Part shown: piece after piece, positions 10,583-21,032 of the stretch
Layout of the letters: every line of letters begins with the position of its first letter
Position numbering within the stretch: position 1 is the first letter of the stretch
NCBI GenBank assembly: GCA_038884455.1
Contig: JAWABU010000004.1
Location: forward strand, 906 to 64,905
Reading direction: 5' to 3'
Length of the DNA: 64,000 nucleotides
Source of the DNA: Thermoplasmatota archaeon
Lineage (GTDB): Archaea > Thermoplasmatota > E2 > DHVEG-1
Translations under genes and position numbers: made by a program
Notes under the pieces: model-generated
Told to the model about the DNA's origin: nothing
Database searches by the model: none
What the model saw: only the letters and a program-made list of their open reading frames with translations

Positions 10583-11137
10583 ATGGAAAAAACTGCATAT
10601 ACGCTCTGCAGGATTCAGCAGCAGATTTCTGATTTTTTACGTTGTAATCCTGGTGCGCATTGCCGGGAGGTGTCTCGTAGGTTGAATATTCCGTTTAGTA
10701 CGGTACGATATCATCTGGTACGTCTTGAAAAACAAAACATACTGTATTGTGTTCGTGTTGGGAAGTATGCTCGATATTATGTATCTGGGATGATCGGTGT
10801 TGATGAACGGAGTATTGTGAGTGTGCTTCGGAATGCAACACAAAAGCAGATTATAGAGGTGTTATTAGTGAATGTTGCTGTGTCAAAAGAGGAGGTAGGT
10901 AATTGTTTGCGGAGGCATCCGACGACAATTATGTTTCATTTGAACCAGCTGCTTGAACGTGATATTATAACAACCCAGGGTTGTTCTGATGCTTTGGTTG
11001 GATCAAAAGAAAACCTGGGTTGTAGTTGTCAGACGAGTTCGAGAGCAAAGTTTAAACGGTATCGGTTAAAAAAACCTGATCTGGTAGCTCAAGTTATGCA
11101 GAAATATGCAGCAGATACTTGCTTAGGAGCTAAATAG
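10583..11137 (+). CDS. Tandem winged-helix-turn-helix transcriptional regulator (ArsR/MarR-like)
   Basis: NPGAHCREVSRRLNIPFSTVRYHLVRLEK and a second HTH, HPTTIMFHLNQLLERDII. GGAGG RBS. Confidence 0.8.
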   Translation: MEKTAYTLCRIQQQISDFLRCNPGAHCREVSRRLNIPFSTVRYHLVRLEKQNILYCVRVGKYARYYVSGMIGVDERSIVSVLRNATQKQIIEVLLVNVAVSKEEVGNCLRRHPTTIMFHLNQLLERDIITTQGCSDALVGSKENLGCSCQTSSRAKFKRYRLKKPDLVAQVMQKYAADTCLGAK

Positions 11138-11386
11138 TATCATGGTTGAATCTGGTTAATCGTCTTTATCGAATCGTATTTGAAATAAACTACGTATCAC
11201 CTCCTCTTCGAACGATATCTAATTTTGATTTATGATATTTTATCCAAAAATAATAGCTTGTTACTTATTTTTTTATACACAAAAAACAGCTAAAAAAGGA
11301 TGATTGATCTATAAAGTATAAATATTTGGATGATACTATGTTTTTTAAAGGCTTGATAAACTCAAGCAGAGAATGGAGGAAAAGAT

Positions 11387-12811
11387 TTGATGAAGAAAAT
11401 GAAAGGAAAAGATTTTTGTATCGGGGCTGTTGTTCTTATGGTACTACTTGCAATAGCACCCTCGATAAATGCTCATGGAATAAGTAATAAACTACCTGAT
11501 GGTGGAAACGGACCTTTTACAAAATATACTCAACCTCAACCACAAGCGGATGATGACGATAATTCCGTTTACGAAGTAGTTTGGGAAGATACTTATTATG
11601 GTGCGGGGATGGTACTTGATGTTGCAAGCGATTTTGATAATAATTATATTGTTGTTGGTGTCACTCATTCATTTGAGGGAGCAGTTGTAAAATATAACGG
11701 CGTCACTGGTGAAGTCATTTGGGATAATATTATTTCTGATTCAGTGATGTTACCATTTTATGAAGGAGAAACCTATCAACCAACTTCAGATATCAGCAGA
11801 TTCTATTGTATACGAAATCTTATGTTAGATGTTCACCAGCAACGATATGATTTTTCTCTCGACCCGACTGGAGCTTATTTTATACTAATTACAGGGGTTG
11901 ACATCTTTTCGAATGGAGATGTAGTTATTGTAGCTACAGCAATTGACAATACGAATGATAATGATCCATCTGATGTATATATTGCAAAATATAGTGGATT
12001 AACAGGAGAAGTGATATGGGAGAGGCTACTTGATTTATATGTTTGGGATTTTGGATATTCGGTAGCTGTGACAAGTAATGATAATGTGATTGTTGTTGGT
12101 GTCAGTGGGGGTTATGAAACCCATAATGGTCAATTACTCCCAATCATGGATGGATGGGTATACAAACTTGATGGAGATAATGAAGGTTGTACTCTTGATC
12201 AGAGTCATATTTTTGGGATTACCCAACCACTACCATACTATTTTGATGTTGCACTCGATTCAAATAATAATGTTTTTGCCACCGGTGCTTGTCTTATTAT
12301 TGATTGGAGTAATTTTCCAGAGATCACCGATGTGCAGACGGTTGTTGTGAATAGATATAGTGGAACTACTCTTAATTTACAGAAGTCATATTACGGGAAT
12401 CCAGCAATTTTCACATGGCTATGCACGATTACTATTGACACAGAAAATAAAATCTACGTTGGAGGACATATTAACAACCCTACTACAAACCGATATATAA
12501 TGAAGTTCACAAATAATTTAAACACAAGTTTATGGACCTTGCAAAACGTTCCAGGGGAAGTTGTATGTCTTGCAGCATCAAAAAATCCCAATGTTGATGA
12601 AATAGCTGCACAAATAGGAGGTAATGGTTTTATCACTGATCGTTTCACCTTCGCCGGGGCGTTTATCGCACCTGAAATCATTGAGCATTTAAATGAGGGA
12701 TGTGGAATGGCAATTGTTTATGACGGAAATAATGATATGGTCGTAACAGGGTCCATTGAAGGAGGTTGGGATGTATACATGCATACGATGAAGTACCACA
12801 TTTTCCGGTAA
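11387..12811 (+). CDS. Secreted beta-propeller-like repeat protein
   Basis: Signal peptide. Repeated VAxDxxNNxxVVG...xKYxGxTGEVIW blades. Confidence 0.65.
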   Translation: MMKKMKGKDFCIGAVVLMVLLAIAPSINAHGISNKLPDGGNGPFTKYTQPQPQADDDDNSVYEVVWEDTYYGAGMVLDVASDFDNNYIVVGVTHSFEGAVVKYNGVTGEVIWDNIISDSVMLPFYEGETYQPTSDISRFYCIRNLMLDVHQQRYDFSLDPTGAYFILITGVDIFSNGDVVIVATAIDNTNDNDPSDVYIAKYSGLTGEVIWERLLDLYVWDFGYSVAVTSNDNVIVVGVSGGYETHNGQLLPIMDGWVYKLDGDNEGCTLDQSHIFGITQPLPYYFDVALDSNNNVFATGACLIIDWSNFPEITDVQTVVVNRYSGTTLNLQKSYYGNPAIFTWLCTITIDTENKIYVGGHINNPTTNRYIMKFTNNLNTSLWTLQNVPGEVVCLAASKNPNVDEIAAQIGGNGFITDRFTFAGAFIAPEIIEHLNEGCGMAIVYDGNNDMVVTGSIEGGWDVYMHTMKYHIFR

Positions 12812-12832
12812 TAAAAATCAGTAAGAAGTATA

Positions 12833-12857
12833 TCTCCCAAGGGAATCTTTTGGGAGA
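12833..12857 (+). terminator. Possible terminator/stem-loop
   Basis: TCTCCCAA-N9-TTGGGAGA, about 20 nt after the 12811 stop. Confidence 0.3.
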
Positions 12858-12961
12858 ATCTTCAGCTTTCATATAATTTGTTAAGTTAATAAGGATATTT
12901 AATAGAAAATTTAATATAATATAATAAATATAATAATAAAGTATTGCGGGGAAATGAAAAT

Positions 12962-14014
12962 ATGTTTAAAAAAAATATTATACCTCTTTTAATGATTAGT
13001 TTCTTATTTTTAACAACAACTATTTTTTTTGCATCTACAGTTCAATCAATTATTAAAAATGAGAAAATAATATCTGAACCACGAACGATCTACGTTGACG
13101 ATGATAACCATGCAGGTCCTTGGGATGGTACTCCTGAGCATCCATATGAGACAATAACACAAGCATATAACGTTGCTATCTCGGGAGATACAATCTTTTG
13201 TTTCTCTGGTGTTTACGGAATCAGGGACCAGCGTGATTGTTATATGATAATAAATAAATCAATCAACCTTATCGGTGAGAATAGAAGTAATACATATCTT
13301 TTTAAGAGAATTGGACCGGAATTCTATTACCTAATCGTCATTGATAATGTCAATATTTCTGGCTTTCATTTTACTGTCCATAGCTCATGTCATGTTATGA
13401 CGAAAATTTTTGTGAATGCTTCTGATCATTGCACTGTGACGAATAATGATTTTCAAGATGATTTTACGATGGTTGGGGCAACAGCAATCATAAAAATAAT
13501 TGACTCGGAAGACATCATAATTTCAGACAATATCATAGGTCGACCGAATCCACCGGTGAACATTATTGGTACTCAAGGAATCATTCTAGAAAATTCAAGC
13601 AATATACAAATTTACAATAATTGTATCGATGAATATTTTTACGGAATTGTAGGCAAGCATCTTACCAAGAGCAATATTACAAACAATCAGTTGTACACGC
13701 TTGGTGGGCTGCAACTTGTTGCATCATCTCATAATATAATTTCAAATAATGTCATTGAAAATGGTATTAATGGATATGGAATATATTTACTTAGATCCTC
13801 TGATAATTCTATTATCCAAAACAATTTTATAACTAATAGAATCAGAATTAGAAAAGCATTATTTTCTGATTGTACGAATACCTGGGATCAGAATTACTGG
13901 GGTAGGGCACGATTGCTTCCAAAAATAATTTTTGGTGAAAAAACCGTGAACAACAAAATAGTACCTGCATTTCAGATTGACTATCATCCTGCAAGAGACC
14001 CCATCTCGCTTTAA
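12962..14014 (+). CDS. Secreted right-handed parallel beta-helix (NosD/pectin-lyase-like) protein
   Basis: Signal peptide; TIYVDDDN..GPWDGTPEHPYETI; repeated SxNxIxNN turns; C-terminal NYW motif. Confidence 0.8.
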   Translation: MFKKNIIPLLMISFLFLTTTIFFASTVQSIIKNEKIISEPRTIYVDDDNHAGPWDGTPEHPYETITQAYNVAISGDTIFCFSGVYGIRDQRDCYMIINKSINLIGENRSNTYLFKRIGPEFYYLIVIDNVNISGFHFTVHSSCHVMTKIFVNASDHCTVTNNDFQDDFTMVGATAIIKIIDSEDIIISDNIIGRPNPPVNIIGTQGIILENSSNIQIYNNCIDEYFYGIVGKHLTKSNITNNQLYTLGGLQLVASSHNIISNNVIENGINGYGIYLLRSSDNSIIQNNFITNRIRIRKALFSDCTNTWDQNYWGRARLLPKIIFGEKTVNNKIVPAFQIDYHPARDPISL

Positions 14015-14738
14015 ATAACTATACAACAAAAACGGCTTTGGTTCATAATTAATATCTAAGAATCGCATATCCTCCTGCGCGAGGGATGGGTATGCGAAAA
14101 ACAAATTGGAAAATCTACGAGAAAGCAGAGGAGGAAGAATTCCGACTCTTCCTTGAAATTGGCAAAAAATTATCTGGGATCAACAACCACCACAATACTG
14201 GAGAACAAAGAAAAAGAGACCAGGAAGACCACCGGCATACGATTGGAAAGGATTGGTGATCCTCCTGCTCTTGAAGATGTTTTACCGATTGAAATTCCGA
14301 GAGATCACTTCATTTGCTAAAGGGTTTCCTGGTCTTCGAGAACTCTTAGAACTCAAGAAAACACCAAGCAGATCAACCCTCAACGGACCATGAAGAAATT
14401 GGATAAAGCTTGGTTACGAACAGTGAACGATGCCATTATTGCTGAGTTTAAAAAAAGCGGAAACACATCGGTATTGATTACAGCGGAGAAACAGTTAATC
14501 ACTACTCACCGTGGTACTGCTTAAGAACTAAGAAGAAAACCAGAAAACGCGATTTCAAAAAGATCCATGTCGCAATGGAAATTAAAGGCCCTGAAAAACC
14601 TATCTACTCCATCGAAGTGACTAAAGCAACACGACATGATTCTTCTCTTCTGATTCCGTTACTTGACCGGATCACTGGAAAGATCGGGGATGTCTGCGGT
14701 GATAAAGGACTCTCATCACGACGCAATGCACAATACAT

Positions 14739-16344
14739 CCCGAGTTTCGCACGTGAATAAAAGTTAAGTGCCTTCAGTGTTTGTATTTTTATTGGTGCAA
14801 AAATGCAAACTGTACTGAAGACACCAAACCACATAAAGCTCAACAAGAATAAGACCTTTCCGATAGGAACAATCCAAACCGTCAAAACCATTTTCGAAAA
14901 ACTTCATCTTTCCCAACTCCTTGATGATCTCAAACACTGCGGCTATAGGCTCAGCGGACTCTCTACTGGGCTGGTCTCCTACAAAATGACCGAGAATTTC
15001 TCAATCAGCAGATGTCATCAATGGATGACATCCAATCCAATGCTTCTGGAATACCTCCAATTGTCTGCTTTTGAGGATGATGCCTTGTACCGTGGCCTTG
15101 CAATCCTTGGAGAGAATAAACACGTGATCCTCAGTCACCTTTTACACGTCCTCAAAGAAGAATACGGTGTGGGACTGGATATGGTGTTCATGGATTGGAG
15201 CACCGTGTACTTCGAAGCCAAACCAACAGAGTACATCAAATATGGACATACTCGTGATCATCGACCTGACAGGCCGTAGGTCGCCATAGGACTGGCACAA
15301 GACCAAGGAACTCAACTCCCTGTTGGACTGACCATTCAACCTGGGAACATAAACGATCAAAAACACTTCAAAGTCACTTACCAAAAGATCAAACCAGGAC
15401 TCAGAACTGGGAGTGTCCTGGTTTTTGATGCCGGTGTCACTGGCATCCCAAACTTCGATCTCCTTGGTTCGGACAAAATGAGGTATCTCTCCCGGATGAA
15501 ACTCAACACAAGCGACATTAAACACCATCTGAACACATTCAACAAGGAGGAATGGACACCTGTTGTCACCGGCAACAGGGACGAAGAGGTCTATGGGAAA
15601 CAGCTGGTGTTCCCCAGCAGGACCAAATACCTGTACTTCTCCCAGAACCTCTACGATAACACCATGAAAAACAGGAGAAAGCACCTGGAACAAGAGTACG
15701 ACGAAGCGCTAGACCTGCGGAAAACCATACAACAAGGGAAACGACCACGGAAGAAATACCGCAACAGCAACCACTTCCTGCAAACACACCTGTCCTACAC
15801 CTTCCCCCTCACCGGCCTCTCTCGTGAGCAGGCGATAGAGCGTGCATTACAGCTTTCCATTACCGGGAAAGAAGGATTTTTTGCACTCGTATCAAGCAAA
15901 GATTTCTCACTTCACGAAGCACTCCAATACTACCGTGAAAAGGATGGTGTGGAGAAGCTGTTCAACAGCATCAAAAATGAGCTTCATGTGCGACCTACAC
16001 GCTGCTGGACACAGGAGGCGATCGACGGATCCATCCTCATCGTCTACCTTGCTCAACTCGTCATAAGTTTACTCCGCTACAAACATGACAAGCTGCGTCA
16101 TCTTTCAACAAAATTCATCATGCAAAGCCTGAGCAATTTCGCACTTACCATCGTTGTGGGTAAAAATGGGGTGAAAAACCGTGTTTTTTCCAATTTTGAC
16201 TGGATCAATACCCTGGTTTTTTTTGTGGAAAAACACCAGGATCGTAGGTTTTTCAGCCTGTTTGGCTGGCTGAAAACGAGAAAATTGTGTCATGTGCGAA
16301 ATGTGTTCTAATCAATAAAAGATCAATCACCTGCGAAAGTCAGG
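14739..16344 (+). mobile_element. IS1634-family insertion sequence (1606 bp) with 6-bp target-site duplication
   Basis: IRs CCCGAGTTTCGCACGTGA and TCACCTGCGAAAGTCAGG (15/18 match). ATACAT is duplicated at 14733-14738 and 16345-16350. Confidence 0.85.
14803..16311 (+). pseudogene. IS1634-family transposase with one in-frame TAG (15277-15279)
   Basis: ORFs 14803-15279 and 15478-16311 share one frame. Motifs MDWSTVYFE, YGHTRDHRPDRP*VAIGL, PGNIND, VFDAG and YREKDGVEKLFNSIK. Confidence 0.85.
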
Positions 16345-16730
16345 ATACATCGCCAAACGAGGCGGTACACCCTCCTCATGATGAAAAAGAACAGCATCAG
16401 CAAAAGCAAAGGATGCCCCGCCTGGCACAAGATGCACAAATCCCGAGAAAAGGACGAAAAAGCTTGGGACAAACATTATCACAAACGCTCCAATAGCGAA
16501 GCAGGATTCGGCTCATTCAAACAACAAACCAACTCCTATCTTTCCAGTAGAAACCGGGAAATGTCAAACCAACGAAATATGGCTAAAAACAATAGGATAC
16601 AACATACGACAATTGATCCATAGAAAAATACGACTGGAGGTCACAAGAGGTGAATTATGAACCAAGGCCAAAAGCTCAAAAACATTTATATAGTGCACAG
16701 CTATAAATTAATTACGGGGATAGTTTACGT

Positions 16731-18620
16731 ATGAAGAATACAAAAACGTTGATGATCGTCAGTATGCTTCTTTGGAGTGGTTTTGGAGCTAGTATCATCC
16801 AAGCAACAAATAATCAAACCTATGAAACAATGCAGGTTGTTGTATCGTTTTCTCAGCCGATAGTTACCAATGGAAACGATGGGCTGTCGGTTTCTCTTGC
16901 TGAGGCAACATCTGTCTTAAATACACCTGGCGGGTATATGCTTCCTCAGGTTACCAAAGTTTTTAGTTTTCCGTTTCGCACACAAATCATTGGTATAGAC
17001 GTGGTTTTTTCCGATATAACAACACAACTACTACCACAAGAACCTGCTCGTGCAACTCAACCAGTCTCTGATCTTGGTTTTTCAGCACATATTGAAGAAA
17101 TAGATCTCTCAACATATACACTGTATCCTGAAAATCAGTATAGTTATTCACTTGCAACAGGTCGTCAGGGTGACAGTATCGTACTTTTTATTGTTGTACG
17201 GTTAACTCCTGTTCAGTTCAACCAGAAAGACATGCTGCTTACAACTGCAAAAACCGCTGATATTACCATTACTTATAGAGTACCAGAACATCCAACCATA
17301 CTTGCTGATACCTATGATTTACTTATCATTACTCCTGATGATTTTGCTGCTGCAGTAGAACCCTTGGTTGTTCATAAGAATGCGATGGGGGTTCAGACAA
17401 AACTGGTTACCCGATCTGAGATCTGCGCTGGAACCTATTTCCCTGCGCAGGGTCGTGATTGTGCTGAGGAGATGAAATATTTCATTAAATCTGCATTGGA
17501 ATCCTGGGGAATAAAATATGTTCTTTTGGTTGGCGGCCGGAAAGGAGGCGTTATGCAGGAGAAATGGTGGATGCCGGTTCGCTATTCAAATCTTGATGAT
17601 TCCTCTGGTTTTGAGGCAAGTTATCTGTCTGATTTGTATTTCGCTGATATCTATGATGCCTATGGAAATTTCTCAAGCTGGGATACAAATGAAAACGGTG
17701 TTTTTGCTGAATGGAAAGGTGCTACCAGGGATATTCTTGATATGTATCCTGATGTGTTTGTCGGTCGTCTTGCGTGTTTGAATACCCGTGAGGTGAAGCT
17801 TATGGTTGATAAGATTATTACCTATGAGACTGAAACATATGGGTCTGCATGGTTTAAGCGTTTTATTGGCGTTGCTGGTGATACCTATCCTGGGCCAACA
17901 GATCCGTATTATGAAGGGGAACGTGCGAATGAAGCTGCGTTTAATCTGCTTGAAAGTTCTGGTTTTACCGCAACTATGGTATGGACATCCAATGGTATAT
18001 TTACTGGAAAAAAGCCGGTGATTGATGCGTATAGTAAGGGTGCTGGTTTTGTGCATTTTTCAGGGCATGGTAATCCGAATGCATGGGGTAATCACCCACC
18101 GCATAATGATACGTTTATTAACGGACCGACGTCCTTTGAGATGGGGAAATTAAAGAATAAAGAAATGCAGCCGATTGTGATTGTTGGCGGATGTCACAAT
18201 GCTCAGTTTAATACAAGTTTGTTGAATATTGTAAAAGGTGTACTTACTGATGGCCTTCAGTATTTTAGTACAAAGTCTCCACTGGGAAAATACTGGTATC
18301 GGGAATGGGTTCCCCGATGTTGGGCTTGGGCGATGGCTGCACAGAAAAACGGCGGGTGTATTGCGATTATGGCAAATACTGGTCTTGGGTATGGACAACC
18401 TGGTGAGAATTGCTTAACGATGCGTGGGCGGTTCCTTGAAGTCTTATTTTTCCGGAGTTACAGTGAGGGAAAAACAGTACTTGGTGAAACTCATGGGCAA
18501 GATATGATCTATTACATGCATGAATATCCTCCGATGAGCAATGTGATTGATTGTAAGATTGTTCAGCAGTGGGCATTGCTTGGTGATCCAAGTCTTCAGA
18601 TTGGAGGATATCCAAATTAG
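16731..18620 (+). CDS. Secreted gingipain-like C25 cysteine peptidase (paralog of 6217)
   Basis: Signal peptide; YVLLVGG, SDLYFADI, PDVFVGRL, SGHGNP, GGCHNAQF, LLGDPSL. Confidence 0.92.
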   Translation: MKNTKTLMIVSMLLWSGFGASIIQATNNQTYETMQVVVSFSQPIVTNGNDGLSVSLAEATSVLNTPGGYMLPQVTKVFSFPFRTQIIGIDVVFSDITTQLLPQEPARATQPVSDLGFSAHIEEIDLSTYTLYPENQYSYSLATGRQGDSIVLFIVVRLTPVQFNQKDMLLTTAKTADITITYRVPEHPTILADTYDLLIITPDDFAAAVEPLVVHKNAMGVQTKLVTRSEICAGTYFPAQGRDCAEEMKYFIKSALESWGIKYVLLVGGRKGGVMQEKWWMPVRYSNLDDSSGFEASYLSDLYFADIYDAYGNFSSWDTNENGVFAEWKGATRDILDMYPDVFVGRLACLNTREVKLMVDKIITYETETYGSAWFKRFIGVAGDTYPGPTDPYYEGERANEAAFNLLESSGFTATMVWTSNGIFTGKKPVIDAYSKGAGFVHFSGHGNPNAWGNHPPHNDTFINGPTSFEMGKLKNKEMQPIVIVGGCHNAQFNTSLLNIVKGVLTDGLQYFSTKSPLGKYWYREWVPRCWAWAMAAQKNGGCIAIMANTGLGYGQPGENCLTMRGRFLEVLFFRSYSEGKTVLGETHGQDMIYYMHEYPPMSNVIDCKIVQQWALLGDPSLQIGGYPN

Positions 18621-18679
18621 TCGGTTTTTCGTTTATAGACAATTAGTCAGGTGATGCAATGATATTTTAAGGTGCCTCT

Positions 18680-19969
18680 ATGAACCATGGCGCATATTTT
18701 GGAGTGATGCTTTGTTGTTTTCTATGCATCGGTGTTATCCAACAGCCGTATTATGTTCAATCCGCTGGTGCAACTAGTTCTGATCAAACAGAAGATATTC
18801 TTGAGATGATCAGTCAGGTTGATGAAGGACTTGTGCAAAACTATGTTACAAAGCTTTGTGCGTTTCGACCACGGTATACTGGAACTACGCTGTGTACTCT
18901 TGCAGCTCAGTATCTATTTGATGAGTTGAGTTCTATGGGTCTTGAAACTAGTTTTCATGAGTGGTTCTATAAGGGTTTTAGAAGTAGGAATGTGGTTGCA
19001 ACACTTCCTGGTACTGATCCAGAGAGTACTGCTGTTTTTATTATCTGCGGGCATTATGATACTGTGGAAGTATCACCAGGTGCTGATGATGATGCGTCTG
19101 GTGTTGCATCGGTGCTTGCCTGTGCTCGTATTATGAGTCAGTATTCTTTTCCTCATACGATACGTTTTATTGCTTTTTCTGGTGAAGAGGTTGGAACACT
19201 GGGGAGTTTTTCGTATGCACGTGATGCGTATCGGCAGGAAGACAATATTGTTGCAGTATTAAATCTTGATATGGTTGGATATGCAAACAGTGCTGAGGGT
19301 GGAAGCACTCTTCGGTTTTTTCCAGCACCGCGAGCACGGTGGATAGCAGATTTTGCAGAAAGCATCAGTGAAAAATACAAGGATATCATTGATATGAATG
19401 TTGAGATTCTTCCATGTTATATTGGTTCTGATGCGCAGCCTTTTATTGATTATGGGTATGATGGTGTATGGATTGCGCATCATGATGGGTATTCCTGGGG
19501 CCATTCAGCAGATGATGTTCCTGAGCATTTGAATTACACGTATCATGCAAAAGCAACTCGTTTTATGCTTGCGGTGCTTGCTGAGTTTGCGATTAAACCC
19601 CTACCGGTTCAGGTGATTATTAAAACACCGTTGGAAGGGTATGGGTATTTTTTTGATCGACCTACGATAAAACTTGATCTTGGTAAACAGTGGTATAAAG
19701 GCCTCCGGGGGATCACGATTGCCATCGGTCGTCCTGTTGTTCGGGTTGATGTTCTGAGCAGTGAACCGATTAAGTATGTTGTTTTTTGTGTTGATGGGAA
19801 TTTTATGTATTGGGATAGTCAAGCGCCGTTTGAATGGAAACTAGGAGGTTTGCATTATCCACTGGTTGGTCGACATACACTTCAGGTCTATGCGTATACA
19901 ACTGAGGGAAACAGTGCTGTAGATGAGATGCAAATTATTATACTCACATTTTCATGTCAGTATTCATAA
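18680..19969 (+). CDS. Secreted M28 family metallopeptidase with C-terminal Ig-like domain
   Basis: CGHYDT, GADDDASG, FSGEEVGTLGS, NLDM, SDAQPF and HSADD. Confidence 0.9.
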   Translation: MNHGAYFGVMLCCFLCIGVIQQPYYVQSAGATSSDQTEDILEMISQVDEGLVQNYVTKLCAFRPRYTGTTLCTLAAQYLFDELSSMGLETSFHEWFYKGFRSRNVVATLPGTDPESTAVFIICGHYDTVEVSPGADDDASGVASVLACARIMSQYSFPHTIRFIAFSGEEVGTLGSFSYARDAYRQEDNIVAVLNLDMVGYANSAEGGSTLRFFPAPRARWIADFAESISEKYKDIIDMNVEILPCYIGSDAQPFIDYGYDGVWIAHHDGYSWGHSADDVPEHLNYTYHAKATRFMLAVLAEFAIKPLPVQVIIKTPLEGYGYFFDRPTIKLDLGKQWYKGLRGITIAIGRPVVRVDVLSSEPIKYVVFCVDGNFMYWDSQAPFEWKLGGLHYPLVGRHTLQVYAYTTEGNSAVDEMQIIILTFSCQYS

Positions 19970-19976
19970 AAGAACA

Positions 19977-20687
19977 ATGATACGTATGGCAAAAAGTATT
20001 GGTTTCCTTGCTGTTTTTCTGGTGACTTGTTCGTTTGCTTCATCGTATCATGTGGTATGTACAAATGAACTGATTATTTTTCCCTCTTCACCGGTTGTGC
20101 TGGTTACCGGTTTTGAGCCTTTTGCTGATTTTGATATTAATCCGTCGCAGATAATCGTTGAGGAACTCCAGAATCAAACAGTTCATGGTCTGCAGGTTGT
20201 TGGGGTGGTATTGCCAGTTAATTTTACTTCTGCTGATATGATACTTGTTCAGGTACTCCAGCACTATCAACCGTTTCTCATGATCAGTCTTGGTTTGTCA
20301 CCCAAGGCAACTACTCTTGAAGTTGAGACATGGGCTGTGAATATGAAACGATATCCGCTTGATTCAGGAAGGTGGTCGTTTCCTCGAAAAATAGAGCAGG
20401 ATGGTCCTTTGCTTCGTTTATCATCCCTCAATACCCGTGCGGTTATTCGGGAGTTGAAAAATCATGATATCCCATCGGAGCAGAGTTTTTTTGCTGGTAC
20501 GTATCTCTGTAATTATGTATTTTACCGAGCACAAAGCATTGTGAAAACAATGGATCTTTCTACTCATGTTGGTTTTATACATGTCCCCCTCCTTGATGTG
20601 CAAAGTCAACACGGTATGAAACTTCAAACTATGGTTGATGGCGTGAAAGTAGTCATTGGTTTGTACTCTACTTCAAACAGCATATGA
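19977..20687 (+). CDS. pcp: Pyroglutamyl-peptidase I (C15) with N-terminal hydrophobic leader
   Basis: VLVTGFEPF, NPS, LPV, AGTYLCNY and GFIHVP. Confidence 0.9.
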   Translation: MIRMAKSIGFLAVFLVTCSFASSYHVVCTNELIIFPSSPVVLVTGFEPFADFDINPSQIIVEELQNQTVHGLQVVGVVLPVNFTSADMILVQVLQHYQPFLMISLGLSPKATTLEVETWAVNMKRYPLDSGRWSFPRKIEQDGPLLRLSSLNTRAVIRELKNHDIPSEQSFFAGTYLCNYVFYRAQSIVKTMDLSTHVGFIHVPLLDVQSQHGMKLQTMVDGVKVVIGLYSTSNSI

Positions 20688-20722
20688 AAAAGTTTTATAA
20701 AGAAATGAGTGCTTGACTTAGT

Positions 20723-20989
20723 GTGATGAGAGAGTTAACGAAAGCACGGTTGACAGTTGGTTTGTTAGCTTTTTTTGCGTCAGTCTGGATTGTCATCCGG
20801 AAGATCTTTATCTCTTTTGATCAGCTGTTTATAACATTTGGTTTTATTGTTTTGCTGTTGTTTGTTATTCTGATCCTGTCGGTTGTTATCCTTGGGATTT
20901 TAGAATGGGTGCATATTTTTGATTTGAGAACCAACTCGATTCTGACGTTGATTGTTGTGATTGTTATCAGCGTTTCAACTGTGTTATAA
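20723..20989 (+). CDS. Small membrane protein (about 3 TM)
   Basis: 88 aa, almost entirely hydrophobic. A TTTTATAA TATA-like box lies just upstream. Confidence 0.55.
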   Translation: MMRELTKARLTVGLLAFFASVWIVIRKIFISFDQLFITFGFIVLLLFVILILSVVILGILEWVHIFDLRTNSILTLIVVIVISVSTVL

Positions 20990-21032
20990 CGGTGATATCA
21001 AAGTGTATTCTTTTTCCTTATGGGTTTTTGTT

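Larger units (their letters stand above)
14092..16660 (+). pseudogene. Fragmented DDE transposase of the outer IS
   Basis: Reassembled pieces: MRKTNWKIY; GRPPAYDW; IGIDYSG; KKIHVAM; HDSSLL; CGDKGLSSRRNAQYI|AKRGGTP; YHKRSNSEAGFGSFK; YNIRQL. Several 1-nt indels, an A7G slippery site at 14450-14457 and a 1.6-kb insertion. Confidence 0.8.
14034..16669 (+). mobile_element. IS5-like DDE insertion sequence, interrupted by a second IS
   Basis: 17-bp terminal IRs with 1 mismatch: GGCTTTGGTTCATAATT (14034-14050) and AATTATGAACCAAGGCC (16653-16669). Transposase fragments lie on both sides of the inner element. Confidence 0.8.

Noticed and set aside
11196..11205. ATCACCTCCT resembling the 16S rRNA 3' end (anti-SD)
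   Set aside because: The flanks are AT-rich with no rRNA sequence. On the minus strand it is an SD-like motif with no start codon behind it.
14803..16311. Genome-wide amber recoding
   Set aside because: TAG is the evident stop of ordinary genes here (for example ends at 11137, 18620, 24864 and 38140), and no pyl genes are in the window.
14021..16680. Target-site duplication for the outer IS
   Set aside because: The flanks (...ACAACAAAAAC and AAAAGCTCA...) share only an A-run, so no convincing direct repeat can be called.
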